Assembly: GCA_050951805.1 (NCBI GenBank)
Contig: JBMNJT010000008.1
Location: forward strand, 64,001-128,000
Length of the DNA: 64,000 nucleotides
Direction of reading: 5' to 3'
Origin: Bacillota bacterium
GTDB lineage: Bacteria > Bacillota > DTU025
Below, in pieces: positions 63,587 through 64,000 of the stretch. Numbering within the stretch: position 1 is the stretch's first letter; each line of letters begins with the position of its first letter. The notes beneath the pieces were generated by a model. That model saw only the letters and a program-made list of their open reading frames with translations, had not been told where the DNA came from and did not search any database. Both the position numbers and the translations under genes were made by a program.

Positions 63587-64000
63587 CGTCGATGTTTACT
63601 ACGGCATGGTCGGAGCGCTCCGAAATGTGTCGATGGAGGTGCGCCAGGGTGAGATCGTGGCCCTTTTAGGGGCGAATGGTGCCGGAAAGACCACAACGCT
63701 GCGGGCGATCTCCGGGATCGTCAGGCCTGCTTCCGGGTCAATCGAATTTGAGGGCAGAGCAATCCATGGACTTTCTCCGGAGCGCATAGTCTCCCTTGGA
63801 ATCGTTCAGGCCCCCGAGGGGCGGCAGGTCTTTCCGGAGCTTTCGGTAAAGGAAAATCTTCTCATTGGGACATATTCCCGCCGGGACCGCGCCAAGATTC
63901 CAGAGGACTTCGCTCACGTTTACGATCATTTTCCCGTCCTGAAGGAGAGGGAATCTCAGCCGGCAGGGACCCTCAGCGGAGGGGAGCAGCAGATGCTTGC
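63570..64000 (+). CDS. livF: Liv-type ABC ATPase LivF (runs off the window)
   Basis: ATG 63570 MLRLSDVDVYYG..., GANGAGKTT, PEGRQVF, LSGGEQQML. Confidence 0.9.
   Translation, partial: MLRLSDVDVYYGMVGALRNVSMEVRQGEIVALLGANGAGKTTTLRAISGIVRPASGSIEFEGRAIHGLSPERIVSLGIVQAPEGRQVFPELSVKENLLIGTYSRRDRAKIPEDFAHVYDHFPVLKERESQPAGTLSGGEQQML

Overview
This is a bacterial chromosomal window, probably from a Firmicutes-type anaerobe (T-box leader, strong GGAGG ribosome-binding sites). Left (1-13 kb): a complete IS21-family element with a 7-bp target duplication, a small membrane ORF, a GNAT, a TldD/PmbA pair, an AbrB antitoxin with a truncated PIN toxin, and an ABC exporter plus two-component system carrying several frameshifts. 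Middle (13.4-40.3 kb) is a defence island. It holds four palindromic operator-like sites, an McrBC-like pair whose McrB has a ScoMcrA-head-like N-terminus, a decayed DNA glycosylase gene cut by an orphan IS21 end, and a complete type 3 BREX operon (brxF-brxC-pglXI-brxHII-pglZ-brxA). A 1205-aa Cys-rich/RecD2-helicase/nuclease gene is nested inside the BREX operon. A DUF2075 nuclease-helicase plus MazG-like pair follows, split by an IS256. Right (40.8-64 kb): DUF134/Mrp, a T-box-controlled Liv-type ABC operon with a LivM-LivG-LivF triple fusion, a MalT-like/BTAD regulator, a methyltransferase, a NUDIX hydrolase, and an acyl-CoA operon (FabG-like, CoA-transferase, FabH-like with an altered triad, thiolase, second Liv transporter). 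No rRNA, tRNA or CRISPR array was seen. All family calls come from motif recognition by eye, not from database searches.
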